From Eledone cirrhosa (Eukaryota), in contig OZ024740.1 in the NCBI GenBank assembly GCA_964016885.1, positions 18,228,001 through 18,292,000 on the forward strand: a stretch of 64,000 nucleotides of DNA, in the 5' to 3' direction. The position numbers were made by a program, and so were the translations under genes. How positions within the stretch are numbered: position 1 is the stretch's first letter; each line of letters begins with the position of its first letter. Below the pieces are notes generated by a model. That model searched no databases and was not told the DNA's origin. It was given only the letters and a program-made list of their open reading frames with translations. Of this stretch, positions 13,455 to 25,394 are shown in pieces.

Positions 13455-13850
13455 AATATTTTTTGGGGTAACTTCGCCCACTTATTCCTGAGAAGGTCGT
13501 GGGGGCAGAGTCCTCAAACAGTCCTTCCAGTGGGTCCTGTCTCCAGCTGATCTGGCATAATCCCAAGCGAGACTAGCTAAGCTCATGGATGTTATCCAAC
13601 CATCTTGTTCAGGAGTCACCCCCGGATCTCCTGCCACATGGTTTTGCCCGTAAAATCTGTCCTGTGATTCTTTTCTTGGGACATTCTAACTACAAACCCA
13701 TAGTATTAGAGTTGTGATCTTTCAATTTGGAGAAGTAGTAGCTCTACCTGGAGTGACTCTCTGATCTCCGAGCTATGCATTCTATTGAGTAACATTACTC
13801 CAAAGACACTTCGGAGGAACCCCATTTTGGCCGATCGTATTCTTTTGGAA
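13455..13850 (-). mobile_element. RTE LINE family C fragment
   Basis: Reverse-complement similarity to 9723-10120. Confidence 0.7.
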
Positions 13851-14719
13851 ATACCTTCTTAATACTCCAAATCCTATATCGCCCACCATATTTTGCTGTT
13901 CAGTTCCTCATTGCCCACCCAACAGTTGAAATCACCAACTGGTGCGTGAAATCACCCAGGTTGGAAAAATTCTGGCTTAGACGGTGTTCTCTGTGGCTTG
14001 TCACAACATGGGCACTTAAAACTATTAGCAAAAGAATAGTACATACTACCAAGTCGTCCTTGATTGCAAGTGATGGCTACAAGCTCGTTAGTGTGTGTTT
14101 ATGCTAGGTGTGTATGTTTTTAAAACAATGGTCTGGATCTTCATTGTCCAAGTGAACTGGATGACCACTGCTGAACAGTTCATAACAATTATACACAGAC
14201 ATACTAGTACCATAGATTTGGTCATACAGTCTGCTGGAAAGAAAAGCCAAGTCATTCACAAACCACACCCTACTATCATACGGAAAAGAAGGATACATTG
14301 GATAATTTAGTCCCTTTTATAACAATCGATGGGATGGTTATGGCTGGAATGCTTCTGATTAGAGGCTTATTCAGTCAGTGTTCACCTAGATCTAAACAAT
14401 ACTAGATTCACATGCACATATGTATACTAAATGTGTGCTCATACACTGCATATATATATATATATATAATATAAGATCAAAAGATGGTTAAAGGAGTTCC
14501 ATGTATTTTATTATGCGCATTTCAAAAACAAACATCCAGTCCTACAAACTGTAGAGTGCTTCTTATCCGATATCTGCATTGCTTTATTGTACTACAATAA
14601 AACTCACCTCCTATATATATATATATATATATATATAGTAATAATAATTCAATAAGGATTGTATATATATAAAAAGTATATATAAACCTGTAGAGCAAGT
14701 AATTATTATTAATAATATG

Positions 14720-15590
14720 CTGAGAGTGAACCTAGCTAAGACAAAACTGTTGATGAGTAGAAAAGATGTTCGATATGCAGAAAAGGAACTGGCATAAATT
14801 CTATAAAATGCACACAATGCAGATCCTGGGTACACAAGAGATGTAGCGGGATAGCAGGCAAACTAACAGGTAGGGAGAAATATGTATGCAGTAGATGTAC
14901 AGGGAAATTAGACAGTAGAAGTCGCATTGATAAACACATTTTTCAGATGCAGGAGGCCGCTATAGAAGTGGTGGATAGCTTCCGGTACCTAGGAGATCAG
15001 ATTAGCATGGGAGGAGGGTGTTCTGAGGCCATAGTATCTAGAATAAGGACGGGTTGGAAGAAGTTTAGGGAGCTGCTTCCTCTGTTGACGAAGAAGGGTT
15101 TCTCCCTGCGTACGAAAGGCCGGTTGTATGATGCCTGTGTGAGGAGCGCGATGCTGCATGGTAGTGAGACATGGGCAGCAATTGCAGAGGATATGGGACG
15201 GCTGGAGGGAAATGAGGCAAGCATGCTCCGTTGGATGTACAATGTCAATGTGCGTGAACGACCCAGCATAAATGTGTTGAGAGAGAAACTGTGTCTGAGA
15301 AGGATAAAATGTAGTGTACGAGAGAGGAGACTGAGGTGGTATGGACATGTGATGCGCATGGAGGATAACCGATGGGTGAAGAAGTGCCATGAAATGCCAG
15401 TTGAAGGAAGACGTGGTAGAGGTAGACCACGAAAAACATGGGCGGAGGTGGTGAGAACAGACCTCAGATCGCTGAAGCTCACGGTGGAGATGACGATGGA
15501 CCGTGATGAGTGGAGAGATGCTGTGCTGAATAAGACCCGTCCCACCCTTGCAAGCAGGGAAAAGCGGACGTAAAATGATGATGATGATGA
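14720..15590 (+). mobile_element. RTE LINE family A, RT C-terminal part with partial PHD finger and (GAT)n tail
   Basis: VNLAKTK...CTQCRSWVHKRC...VCSRC, then the ORF to 15573 with FRYLGD, LHGSETW, RRLRWYGHV, RGRPRKTW; tail GCAAGCAGGGAAAAGCGGACGTAAAA(TGA)n. Confidence 0.92.
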
Positions 15591-16452
15591 TTCGATGGAT
15601 GTGCAATAGCAATATACGTGAACAGCAAAGCATAAATGCACTGCGTGAGAAATTAGGCATGAGAGGGATCAGTTGTTGTGTGCAGGAGAGGAGATTACGT
15701 TGGTATGGACATGTGATGCATATGAAGGATGACAGCTGTATAAAAAGGTGCAGAGCGCTCAAAGTTGATGGAAGCCTTGGAGTGGGCAGGCCTAGGAAGA
15801 CTTGGGATAAGGTTATAAAAGCTGACCTTGCACAATTACACCTCACCAAAGCGCTGACAGAGGATCATGACTTCTGGCGCTATGTAGTATTACAGAAGAC
15901 CTGCCCTCCCATATGCTTGAGCTGAGGCATATATCTAATGGGCAACACCTTCCTCTACCATCGCCCCTCCCATACACCTCCCTTGCTGTAACCATTCTTC
16001 CCCTATTTCCTATGTCCTCAATTTCCCCAAGCTTCTTCATCCACCCTCCCTAGTTCCCATCCCACACCATAAGCTTTCCCCCCTACCCTCTCTAGTTCCC
16101 ATCCCACACCATGAAGTGGCCCCTCTGGAGCTATGACAAAAGTGCCCAGCCCACCCTTTATAGTGGTCATGTATGTGTCAAGACAAAAGTGCTTAGTCCA
16201 CACTGTAAAGTGGTCGTATAGGAGTTGTGACAAAAAGTGCCCAGACCACACTGTAATGTGGTTGTGTAGGTGACATGACAAAAAGCACCCAGCACACACT
16301 GTAAATGTTGTTAGGAAGGGTATCCAGCTGTAGAAACCAAGCCAAAATCAGCCCCGGGTGAGCGAAACACTGTCCTCTTGCATGATTCTCTCCCAAAGGG
16401 TCAGCCTGTCCTACCCATGCTAGCGTGGAAATGGATGTTAAACGATGATGAT
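15591..16452 (+). mobile_element. RTE LINE family B 3' ORF end plus long 3' UTR
   Basis: RWMCNSNIRE...RLRWYGHV...GRPRKTW to the stop at 15925; UTR with ~43-bp repeats and TTAGGAAGGGTATCCAGC motif, ending GGATGTTAAACGATGATGAT. Confidence 0.88.
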
Positions 16453-16562
16453 ATATATATATATATATATTCTATTTGAACCTGGATGATTACCCGGAGC
16501 CTACGAAATATTCACCCACGTATTACCATGGAATAACCAGACTTCAGGTTACTGGACTTTCA

Positions 16563-16722
16563 AACTGTAAAGTGGACGTGTAGGCGCCACAGAAAAAAAA
16601 GCACCCAGCACTCACTGTAAATGAGGTTGGTGTTAGGAAGGGTATCCAGCTGTAGAAATCAAGCCAGAATCAGTTCCCGTCCCACCCTTGCAAGCAGGGA
16701 AAAGCGGATGTAAAATGATGAT
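16563..16722 (+). mobile_element. Non-autonomous RTE-derived element (UTR body plus family A tail)
   Basis: GTTAGGAAGGGTATCCAGCTGTAGAAA body joined to CCCACCCTTGCAAGCAGGGAAAAGCGGATGTAAAATGATGA. Confidence 0.75.
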
Positions 16723-17458
16723 ATATATATATATATTAAACCATATATATAAAGATTCCGTAGAATCTTTGAGCTGCTACAGGTGGTATGGCGCATGTTT
16801 CTCAGACATGACATCTTTAATTTTGTTAGTATTTGCATCTCCTAAACATTTACTTGGGCTTTTACTGTTGAAAGGCCTCGGCTGCTATTTCTAGCTGTCG
16901 ATAAGCCTATGCATGTGACTAGGATGACAGTGGGGCGCTGTGTATTTTTCCAAACCACACGTGCTTTTCTTTGTTATTCCTTGATTTGTTCTTAGAGTGT
17001 GATCATAGATAGTTTCAAATCTTCTGCTGATGATCCAGGATTTAACATCTGTGATTCACTGATTAATTGTGAAATATATTTCTTTAATGGAATATATACA
17101 AAGGAGATTAATTATTATTGCAAGGTATATTAAAAGTTCTAGTTAAATTTTAATGTTACCTCCGTAACTAGGTGTGTTTACATTCTTTACAAATTATCTC
17201 CTATCAATGTTTGATATGTTTATTTTATATATATATATGTCAATCGACTTTTAATTTAATGCTTGGATTTATCCCTTAGAATCTTTGAGCTTCTACAGGT
17301 GGTATGGAGCATGTTTCTGATATTCTCAGACATGACATCCTTAATGTTATTAGTATATATATAAAGTTAATTTTTGGTTTAATAAATACATATAAAATAT
17401 ATATCAATAATGTTTTTCAGTAAAAAGCTCAATAAACTTCTGTTCAGAGCATATATAT

Positions 17459-17710
17459 CTATATCCAGGGTGGGTAAAATTTCCGAGATCCATGGCTGAG
17501 TTCTCTCCAGCGATCTCTGTCCTTCATCATTGCCACCATGTCCTGTGTTTCCCAGAGATCAGTGTCTGCCCTTAGGGCATCAATATATGTCAACCTCGGT
17601 CTCCCTCTTCTAGTGTGTCCAAGTAGGGGCTCCCACAGGACCACTGAGTGCAGTGTCAACTCTGAATGTTAGTGATCATGTCCAGCTTACCTCAGTCTCT
17701 TTATGCTCAG
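17459..17710 (-). mobile_element. Non-LTR retrotransposon (RTE/RTE-X-like) 3' ORF fragment
   Basis: VVLWEPLLGHTRRGRPRLTYIDALRADT...MKDRDRWR is a typical LINE ORF2 C-terminus. Confidence 0.7.
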
Positions 17711-17807
17711 AGTATCTATAATATAATATATTTGTAAATATATATATATTATAAAATTAACGAAGATCGTTGGTATTAATTCAACGGTCCCTGACCAGCA
17801 TCTAATT

Positions 17808-17838
<31 letters not shown>

Positions 17839-17869
17839 GCAGTTTACACAGTTGAGGTAACTTCTATAT

Positions 17870-18210
17870 GACCTGCTAGAAATAGCAATTAAATCTCTCA
17901 AATCAGATGCTACCATGTTAAAAACTGATGTACACTTTGAATAATGTAGTCCTAAACATATTGCTAAATAGATGAGGTGGGTACGGCAGGAATGCTTTTT
18001 GTCATAAATCTGTTCAGAGAAGTCCCTAAATGGTTTCTCAATCTGCTAGAAATAGTAACCAAATCTTCCTCATTATACCATGCCACCTTAAACAATGTTA
18101 TTCAGGATATACAAAAAGTGATGATGTGCATCGTTTAACGTCTATCTTCCACAACATCTTTTATCATATATCTGCATGATCAGGGCTGATCTGAGGTTAA
18201 ACAATAATAC
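17870..18210 (+). mobile_element. Dispersed repeat, two partial tandem copies (SINE/LINE tail-like)
   Basis: CTGCTAGAAATAGCA...AAATCT motif twice; related segments at ~8130-8210(-), 14270-14400 and ~24330(-). Confidence 0.5.
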
Positions 18211-18320
18211 TACATACTACAGATGCACAGGCAAATATAGAGCATATGCACATATATATCATGCACACATGATGATATATATATGTATATCATGCACACA
18301 TGATGATATATATATATATA

Positions 18321-18968
18321 TCATCATCATCATCGTTTAACGTCCATTTTCCATGGTACATGAGTAGGATGAGTTGTCTTGTTGTGAGAGATCTAGGTTG
18401 GAGGACCATGTTTTGCTCACACAGAACTGATTTTGGCTTGGTTGGATGCCCTTCCTAATGCCAACCATATTTACAGTCTGTGCTAGGTGCTTTTTGTTGT
18501 GACACCTACACAACCACTTTACAGTGTGGACTGGGCATTTTTTGTTATGACACCCACTCAAAAAAGCACCCAGTCTACCTTGCAAGGTGGTTGTGATGGT
18601 GACATGAAAGAGCACCCAGTCCACTTTGTAAAGTAGTCATATTGGTGACTCGAAAAAGCACCCAGTCCACTCTGTAAGGGGGTCATGCTGATGACATGAT
18701 GAAAAACCACCTAGTCCATCCTGTAAGGGGATCATGTTGGTGACATGAAACATCACCCACTCCACACTGTTAAATGGTTATTTTGGTGCCATGATAAAAA
18801 GCCCACACTGAAACATGGTTCGTATTAGGAAGGGCATTCTGCCATAGAAGAAACCAAGCCAGGATACAGATCCATTTGAGCAAGGCATGCTCAACTGAAC
18901 TGAATTGTCTCATAAAATGAGAACCTATCTAAGCATGGTAAAATAGATGTTAAACAGTGATGATGATA
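18321..18968. mobile_element. Head-to-head pair of RTE-B UTR-derived elements (18321-18558 minus; 18560-18968 plus)
   Basis: (CAT)n tail at left and (GAT)n tail at right; the plus copy has ~6 tandem 43-bp AAAAAGCACCCAGTCCAC units. Confidence 0.8.
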
Positions 18969-18974
18969 CACATC

Positions 18975-20782
18975 TTAACCCTTTCATTAGCATATTTCTA
19001 ATGAAATATACAGTATTTGATTTAATTAATAAAGAATTAAGATGGTCATGAATCTTGGGTAATGACTGAAAGAATATAATTGCAAATACAAGCGGTCTAA
19101 ATAGGGTTCCTCCGAAGGGTCTTTGGAATAACGTTACATGATAGAGTGCGAAGCTTGGAGATCAGAGAGTCACTTCAGGTAGAGTCACTACTTCTCCGAA
19201 TTGAGAGATCACAGCTCCGATACTGTGGACATGTGGTTAGAATGTCTCAGGAAAGAATCGCTGGAGAGATTTTACGGGCAAGACCAACTGGCAGGAGACC
19301 CAGGGGTAGACACTGAGTAAGATGGTTGCTTCTGAAGATGTTTTTGTAAAATAACTTAAAAGATTCTTATACCAACTCATGGTGGAAGATTTTAATTTAA
19401 ATAGGATCACTTTAAAATGAGTGGTTTTGTTACATAGGACCAGAGGTGGTTTTGTTACATAGGACCAGAGGTGGTTTTGTTACACAGGACCAGAGGTGGT
19501 TTTGTTACACAGGACCAGAGGTGGTTTTGTTACACAGGACCAGAGGTGGTTTTTTGGTACACAGGACCAGAGGTGGTTTTGTTACATAGGACCAGAGGTG
19601 GTTTTGTTACACAGGACCAGAGGTGGTTTTGTTACACAGGACCAGAGGTGGTTTTGTTACACAGGACCAGAGGTGGTTTTGTTACACAGGACCAGAGGTG
19701 GTTTTGTTACACAGGACCAGAGGTGGTTTTGTTACATAGGACCAGAGGTGGTTTTGTTACATAGGACCAGGGGTGGTTTTGTTACACAGGACCAGAGGTG
19801 GTTTTGTTACATAGGACCAGAGGTGGTTTTGTTACATAGGACCAGAGGTGGTTTTGTTACACAGGACCAGGGGTGGTTTTGTTACACAGGACCAGGGGTG
19901 GTTTTGTTACACAGGACCAGAGGTGGTTTTGTTACACAGGACCAGAGGTGGTTTTGTTACACAGGACCAGGGGTGGTTTTGTTACATAGGACCAGAGGTG
20001 GTTTTGTTACACAGGACCAGAGGTGGTTTTGTTACACAGGACCAGGGGTGGTTTTGTTACACAGGACCAGAGGTGGTTTTGTTACACAGGACCAGAGGTG
20101 GTTTTGTTACACAGGACCAGAGGTGGTTTTGTTACACAGGACCAGGGGTGGTTTTGTTACACAGGACCAGGGGTGGTTTTGTTACACAGGACCAGAGGTG
20201 GTTTTGTTACACAGGACCAGGGGTGGTTTTGATACACAGGACCAGGGGTGGTTTTGTTACACAGGACCAGGGGTGGTTTTGTTACACAGGACCAGGGGTG
20301 GTTTTGTTACACAGGACCAGAGGTGGTTTTGTTACACAGGACCAGAGGTGGTTTTGTTACACAGGACCAGGGGTGGTTTTGTTACACAGGACCAGGGGTG
20401 GTTTTGTTACACAGGACCAGAGGTGGTTTTGTTACACAGGACCAGAGGTGGTTTTATTACACAGGACCAGAGGTGGTTTTTGTTACATAGGACCAGGGGT
20501 GGTTTTGTTACACAGGACCAGGGGTGGTTTTGTTACACAGGATCAGAGGTGGTTTTGTTACACAGGACCAGAGGTGGTTTTGTTACACAGGACCAGAGGT
20601 GGTTTTGTTACATAGGACCAGGGGTGGTTTTGTTACACAGGATCAGAGGTGGTTTTGTTACACAGGACCAGAGGTGGTTTTGTTACACAGGACCAGAGGT
20701 GGTTTTTTTACATAAGACCAGGGGTGGTTTTGTTACATAGGACCAGGGGTGGTTTTGTTTGAGTTGGTATAAAAAGGGTTTA
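18975..20782. mobile_element. TTAA-type (piggyBac-like) MITE, interrupted by an RTE-C fragment and an internal satellite
   Basis: Left end TTAACCCTTT (18975), right end GGTATAAAAAGGGTTTA (20782); the right part matches the reverse complement of the MITE end at 45841. Confidence 0.6.
19421..20759. repeat. 25-bp satellite, ~53 copies
   Basis: Unit GTGGTTTTGTTACACAGGACCAGAG. Confidence 0.98.
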
Positions 20783-20874
20783 TTGCTCACTATGTAGGTT
20801 GGTATCAGAAGCTATTCTTTGCCATGTGTCAAGAGAAAGAAAGAGAGAAGAAATAATAAACGAGGGGACATATT

Positions 20875-22062
20875 TCTCTTCTCCCCTCTTTCTTCTATAT
20901 ATTCCTCTCCCCCTTCTTCTATATCTTCCTCTCCCCCTTCTATATCTACCTCTCTCCCCTTTCTTCTGTATTTTACTCTCTCCCCTCTTTCTTCTATATC
21001 TTCCTCTCCCCCCTTCTATATCTTCCTCTCCCCCTTCTATATCTACCTCTCTCCCCTTTTGTTCTGTATCTTACTCTCTCCCCTCTTTCGTCTATATCTT
21101 CCTCTCCCCCCTTCTATATCTTCCTCTCCCCCTTCTATATCTACCTCTCTCCCCTTTCTTCTGTATCTTTTCTCTACCCCCTTTCTTCTATATCTTACTC
21201 TCTCCCCTCTTTCTTCTATATCTTCCTCTCTCCCCTTCTTCTATATCTTCCTCTCTCCCCCTTCTATATCTACCTCTCTCCCCTTTCTTCTGTATCTTTT
21301 CTCTACCCCCTTTCTTCTATATCTTACTCTCTCCCCTCTTTCTTCTATATCTTACTCTCTCCCCTCTTTCTTCTATATCTTCCTCTCTCCCCTTCTTCTA
21401 TATCTTCCTCTCCCCCCTTCTATATCTACCTCTCTCCCCTTTCTTCTGTATCTTTTCTCTACCCCCTTTCTTCTATATCTTACTCTCTCCCCTCTTTCTT
21501 CTATATCTTCCTCTCTCCCCTTCTTCTATATCTCCCTCTCCCCCCTTCTATATCTACCTCTCTTCCCTTCTTCTATATCTTCCTCTCCCCTTCTATATCA
21601 ACCTCTCTCTCTTTTCTTCTGTATCTTACTCTCTCCTCTCTTCTATATCTTCCTCTCCCCCTTTTATATCTACCTCTCTCCCCTTCTATATCTACCTCTC
21701 TTCCCTCTTTCTTCTATATCTTCCTCTCTCCCCTCTTCTATATCTTCCTCTCCCCTCTTTCTTCTATATCTTCCTCTCCCCCTTCTATATCTACCTCTCT
21801 CCCCTTCTTCTATATCTACCTCTCTCCTCTCTTTCTTCTATATCTTCCTCTCCCCCTTCTATATCTACCTCTCTCCCCTTCTGTATCTTACTCTTTCCCT
21901 CCTTTCTTCTATATCTTACTCTTTCCCCTCTTTCTTCTATATCTACCTCTCTCCCCTTCTTCTATATCTACCTCTCTCCCCTCTTTCTTCTATATCTTCC
22001 TCTTTCTCCTCTTCTATATCTACCTCTCCCCTCTTTCTTCTATATCTTCCTCCCCCCCCCCT
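20875..22062. repeat. Polypyrimidine (CT-rich) degenerate minisatellite
   Basis: TTCTATATCTTCCTCTCCCC-type units; almost no G. Confidence 0.92.
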
Positions 22063-22719
22063 TTCTATGTCATAGGCACATAAAATCTATTTACAACCAT
22101 TTTATTTTATTTCTCACCCTCTCACCCTCTTTTCTGATGTGGACAAGAAAATGAAGAAAAGAACTTGGGGATTCGAGTATCTTCACACAATGTGTTAATC
22201 AAGGGACTATTAACCCTTTAGTACCGTACTGTGTTAGCATATAAATTGTGGCATGATGGTCAACCTTTTCCAACCCTTCTTCCCGTTTATGATCAGTAAC
22301 CCCCACCCCATCATAGGCTCCCAAGATGATAAAGATATACACAAACATATCTCCCAGACACCATCTTTTGAATGAATGCCTTCTTCCCTTTACAGGGACC
22401 ACCCCATCATAGGCTCTCAGGATAATACAGATATACACAAACATGGCAAAGATGACCTCACCTCCTAGGCATTGACAGTGTGCTTCAGTATAGAATACAG
22501 GAGCATTGGTTACTGAAATATTACAACTGCACCTCCACTTTCTGAATGGATGTAATTATGGAAGTGGTGCTGTTTCATTGGCTCAGGTTGTACTCAATAC
22601 TCCAATTGCTGCAACAAAATATCTGCCATCTGTAAGTGGCTCCAAGAAGTCCATGTTCTGACTTGTGATGGGTCGGTAATATATATGGATGCAATATGTG
22701 CCAACATATGAGATATTAT

Positions 22720-23105
22720 AGTCACATACACTAGTGTCATATGAGATATAGTGACATACATTGGTGACATATATATAGTGACATACATTGGTGACATATA
22801 TATAGTGACATACATTGGTGACATGATATATAGTGACACTGGTGACATGATATATAGTGACATTGGTGACATATATAGTGACATACACTGGTGACATACA
22901 TATATAGTGACATACACTGGTGACATGATATATAGTGACATACATTGGTGACATACATATATAGTGACATACACTGGTGACATGATATATAGTGACATAC
23001 ATTGGTGACATACATATATAGTGACATACATTGGTGACATGATATATAGTGACATGCATTGGTGACATATGATATATAGTGACATACACTGGTGACATAC
23101 ACTGG
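22720..23105. repeat. ~25-30-bp minisatellite
   Basis: ATATAGTGACATACATTGGTGACAT units. Confidence 0.9.
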
Positions 23106-23177
23106 TCTCTATCTAAATACTACAAACACTGCATGTTTTAAGCAAGAGTATCTTTCTCTTTTATGTGTTTATATTGT

Positions 23178-23601
23178 CATCATCGTTTCACGTCTAATTT
23201 CCACACTAGCATGGGTAGAAAGGGATGTCCCTTTAGGAGAAATCAGGTCAGAGGACCGTGTTTCACTCACACAGGGTTGATTTTGGCTTTGTTTCTACAG
23301 CTGGATGACCTTCCTAACGCCAATTTATATAAACATATAAATACACATGAGGTGTCACGACAAAAAAACACAGTTTACACTGTAATGTGGCCGTGTAGGT
23401 AAGATGGTAAAAAGTTCCCAGTTCCACACTGTAAATGTGGTTGGTGTTAGGAAGGGCATCCAGCCGTAGAAAACCTGCCAGATAGTCCTATATGAGCGAG
23501 AGATGGTCACCCGACCAACCTTGCCTCAAGTGGGACAACTCCCGTCTAACCCATGCTAGCGTGGAAGATGGACGTTAAATGAAGATGATGATGATGATGA
23601 T
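23178..23601. mobile_element. Second head-to-head pair of RTE-B UTR-derived elements (23178-23325 minus; 23345-23601 plus)
   Basis: CATCATCGTTTCACGTC at left, GGACGTTAAATGAAGATGATGAT at right, AGGAAGGGCATCCAGC motif on opposite strands. Confidence 0.8.
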
Positions 23602-24044
23602 ATGTACATATGCAAGCAATATGTACATAGTATGTATATATACAGAAGCATATACGTATACTATTTGATGGCCGTTTACACTTCTGAGACCCTCTGCCAT
23701 TTGATGTGGTTTTATTTCATCTTGCAAGGTGTAAACAAATCAATCACTCTCTTCACCAAGGAAACTTGGTGGGTTATTGGTTTAGTTGCTGATGATCTAA
23801 CCATGCCACAGGTTGTACTGAGATACATGTTACCAGTAGTGCTCCAGAACAGTCTGACATACTTACTATTACACATCAATTTATATACAGAGTATACACA
23901 TACATCTTTAAGGGTGGTAGGGTGCTATTTCCAGCAGCTGAAGCAAACACAGAAATTCACTCAGTCAATCGTAAACATAGATGTTTGTGTATAGAGAGTT
24001 TTAGTTGTCAATCCGAGGTGGATCCTCATTGAGCAGACATGTAA

Positions 24045-24250
24045 TGGTTTCCGATTTAGGCACAAGGCCAACAATTTGGTGGGATTGGAAGACATTTAAA
24101 TTGACTCCAGTGCATTACTGGTACTTTATTTTATCGACCACGTAAGGATGAAAGGTAAAGCTAACTTCAGCAGGATTTGAACTCTGAATGTAAAGGAACA
24201 TAACTCTATGCCGCTGATCATGTTGTCCGATGTTTTACCAATTCTACCAC
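24045..24250 (-). mobile_element. tRNA-SINE family 1 (Meta-domain-like)
   Basis: Reverse complement of GAGTTCAAATCC...TTTCATCCTTACGTGGTCGATAAAATAAAGTACCAGT. Confidence 0.8.
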
Positions 24251-24712
24251 AAGGGTATTCCAGCTGTCACCGTTCTGTGCTTTTATATATCTGTGACTAT
24301 ATTATCCACTGTATCCGTGCTATATTTGAAGGAATTTAGCTGCTATTTTTAGCATGTTGAGACTCCCTAGTTGGTAAGATGCATGAGTGAGTTGGTGCTG
24401 CTACTCAACCTTTGTCAGTAGGACATTCCATTTGTGATATTTGGACAGCTTCAAAGAAATCTCTGGAGACATCATATAAGGATATGTGTGACATTGTTAT
24501 CAGCTGACTGTGTATGTGTCAATGTGTTTATATATGAGTGTGTGTATTTGGCTGTATGTGTACTTGTGTGTGAGAGTGAGAGAGAGACATTATCATTTAA
24601 AGATATATCATCAGCAGGTTATGTGTCTATGTACTTATATAACTATGTGTATATGTGGCTGTATATGTGTGTGTTTGTGAAACTGTGAGAGAGACATCAT
24701 TTTAAGATGGAA

Positions 24713-24905
24713 AGGCAGGTGGATTGGCTGTATCGATAGAGGGTCAGACGCCATGCTTTGCACCATAGAGTTATGGCCCTTTATGGTCTGAGTTCAAATC
24801 CCGCCGAGGTTAACTTTGCCTTTCATCCTTACGGGGTCGATAAAATAAAGTACCAGTAATACACTGGGATAATTGCTGGCCTTGTGCCTAAAGTAGAAAC
24901 AATTA
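24713..24905 (+). mobile_element. tRNA-SINE family 1, full-length
   Basis: A-box-like TGGCTGTATCGA, B box GAGTTCAAATCC, central CTTTGCCTTTCATCCTTACGGGGTCGATAAAATAAAGTACC, tail GCCTTGTGCCTAAAGTAGAAACAATT. Confidence 0.85.
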
Positions 24906-25394
24906 TCACTTTAAGATATGTGTGTCATTGTTATCAGCTGGCTGTGTATGTGTCTATGTGTCTGTATGTGTGTATGTGCATATGTTTGTGTATGTTGGTG
25001 AGAGAGAGATGCAGGATGATGAAGTAGTTATTGTACACATGTCTCTGTGTGAAACAGCTGCTGTTATGATGTATTGGAGAGAGAACCAGCTGTCAAGCCT
25101 TCATCTCTATCATTCTCTTCCAGGACAATCAGGCAGATTTCAGTTTGGCTGGAGGCAGGCTAGCAAGTGCATGGGGTGGGTGCTATGATGGATTAACTAG
25201 CCAGGGGATAGGGTTGGCATGGTATATCAAGACATTTTTTCATCCTCAATAAGATGCTAATCATTTTCTTCAAATATCTAAATGAGAATATGATGGTGGA
25301 GAGTGACATGTCCTGTTCCCAAGTAAAAATCTCTGAGAGCAGCTGAAGTTGATGGTGGTGAGTTGTTGGCAAATCTGTTTTCATAGGACAGGCA

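Noticed and set aside
14989-15849. Antisense ORFs over RTE fragments
   Set aside because: They are shadow frames of the RT coding strand.
19471-22154. Long ORFs of 255-451 aa
   Set aside because: They are translations of the 25-bp and CT-rich repeats, open in several frames, with no domain content.
23602-23994. 130-aa ORF as a second exon
   Set aside because: No recognisable motif and only weak splice signals; it cannot be supported without transcripts.
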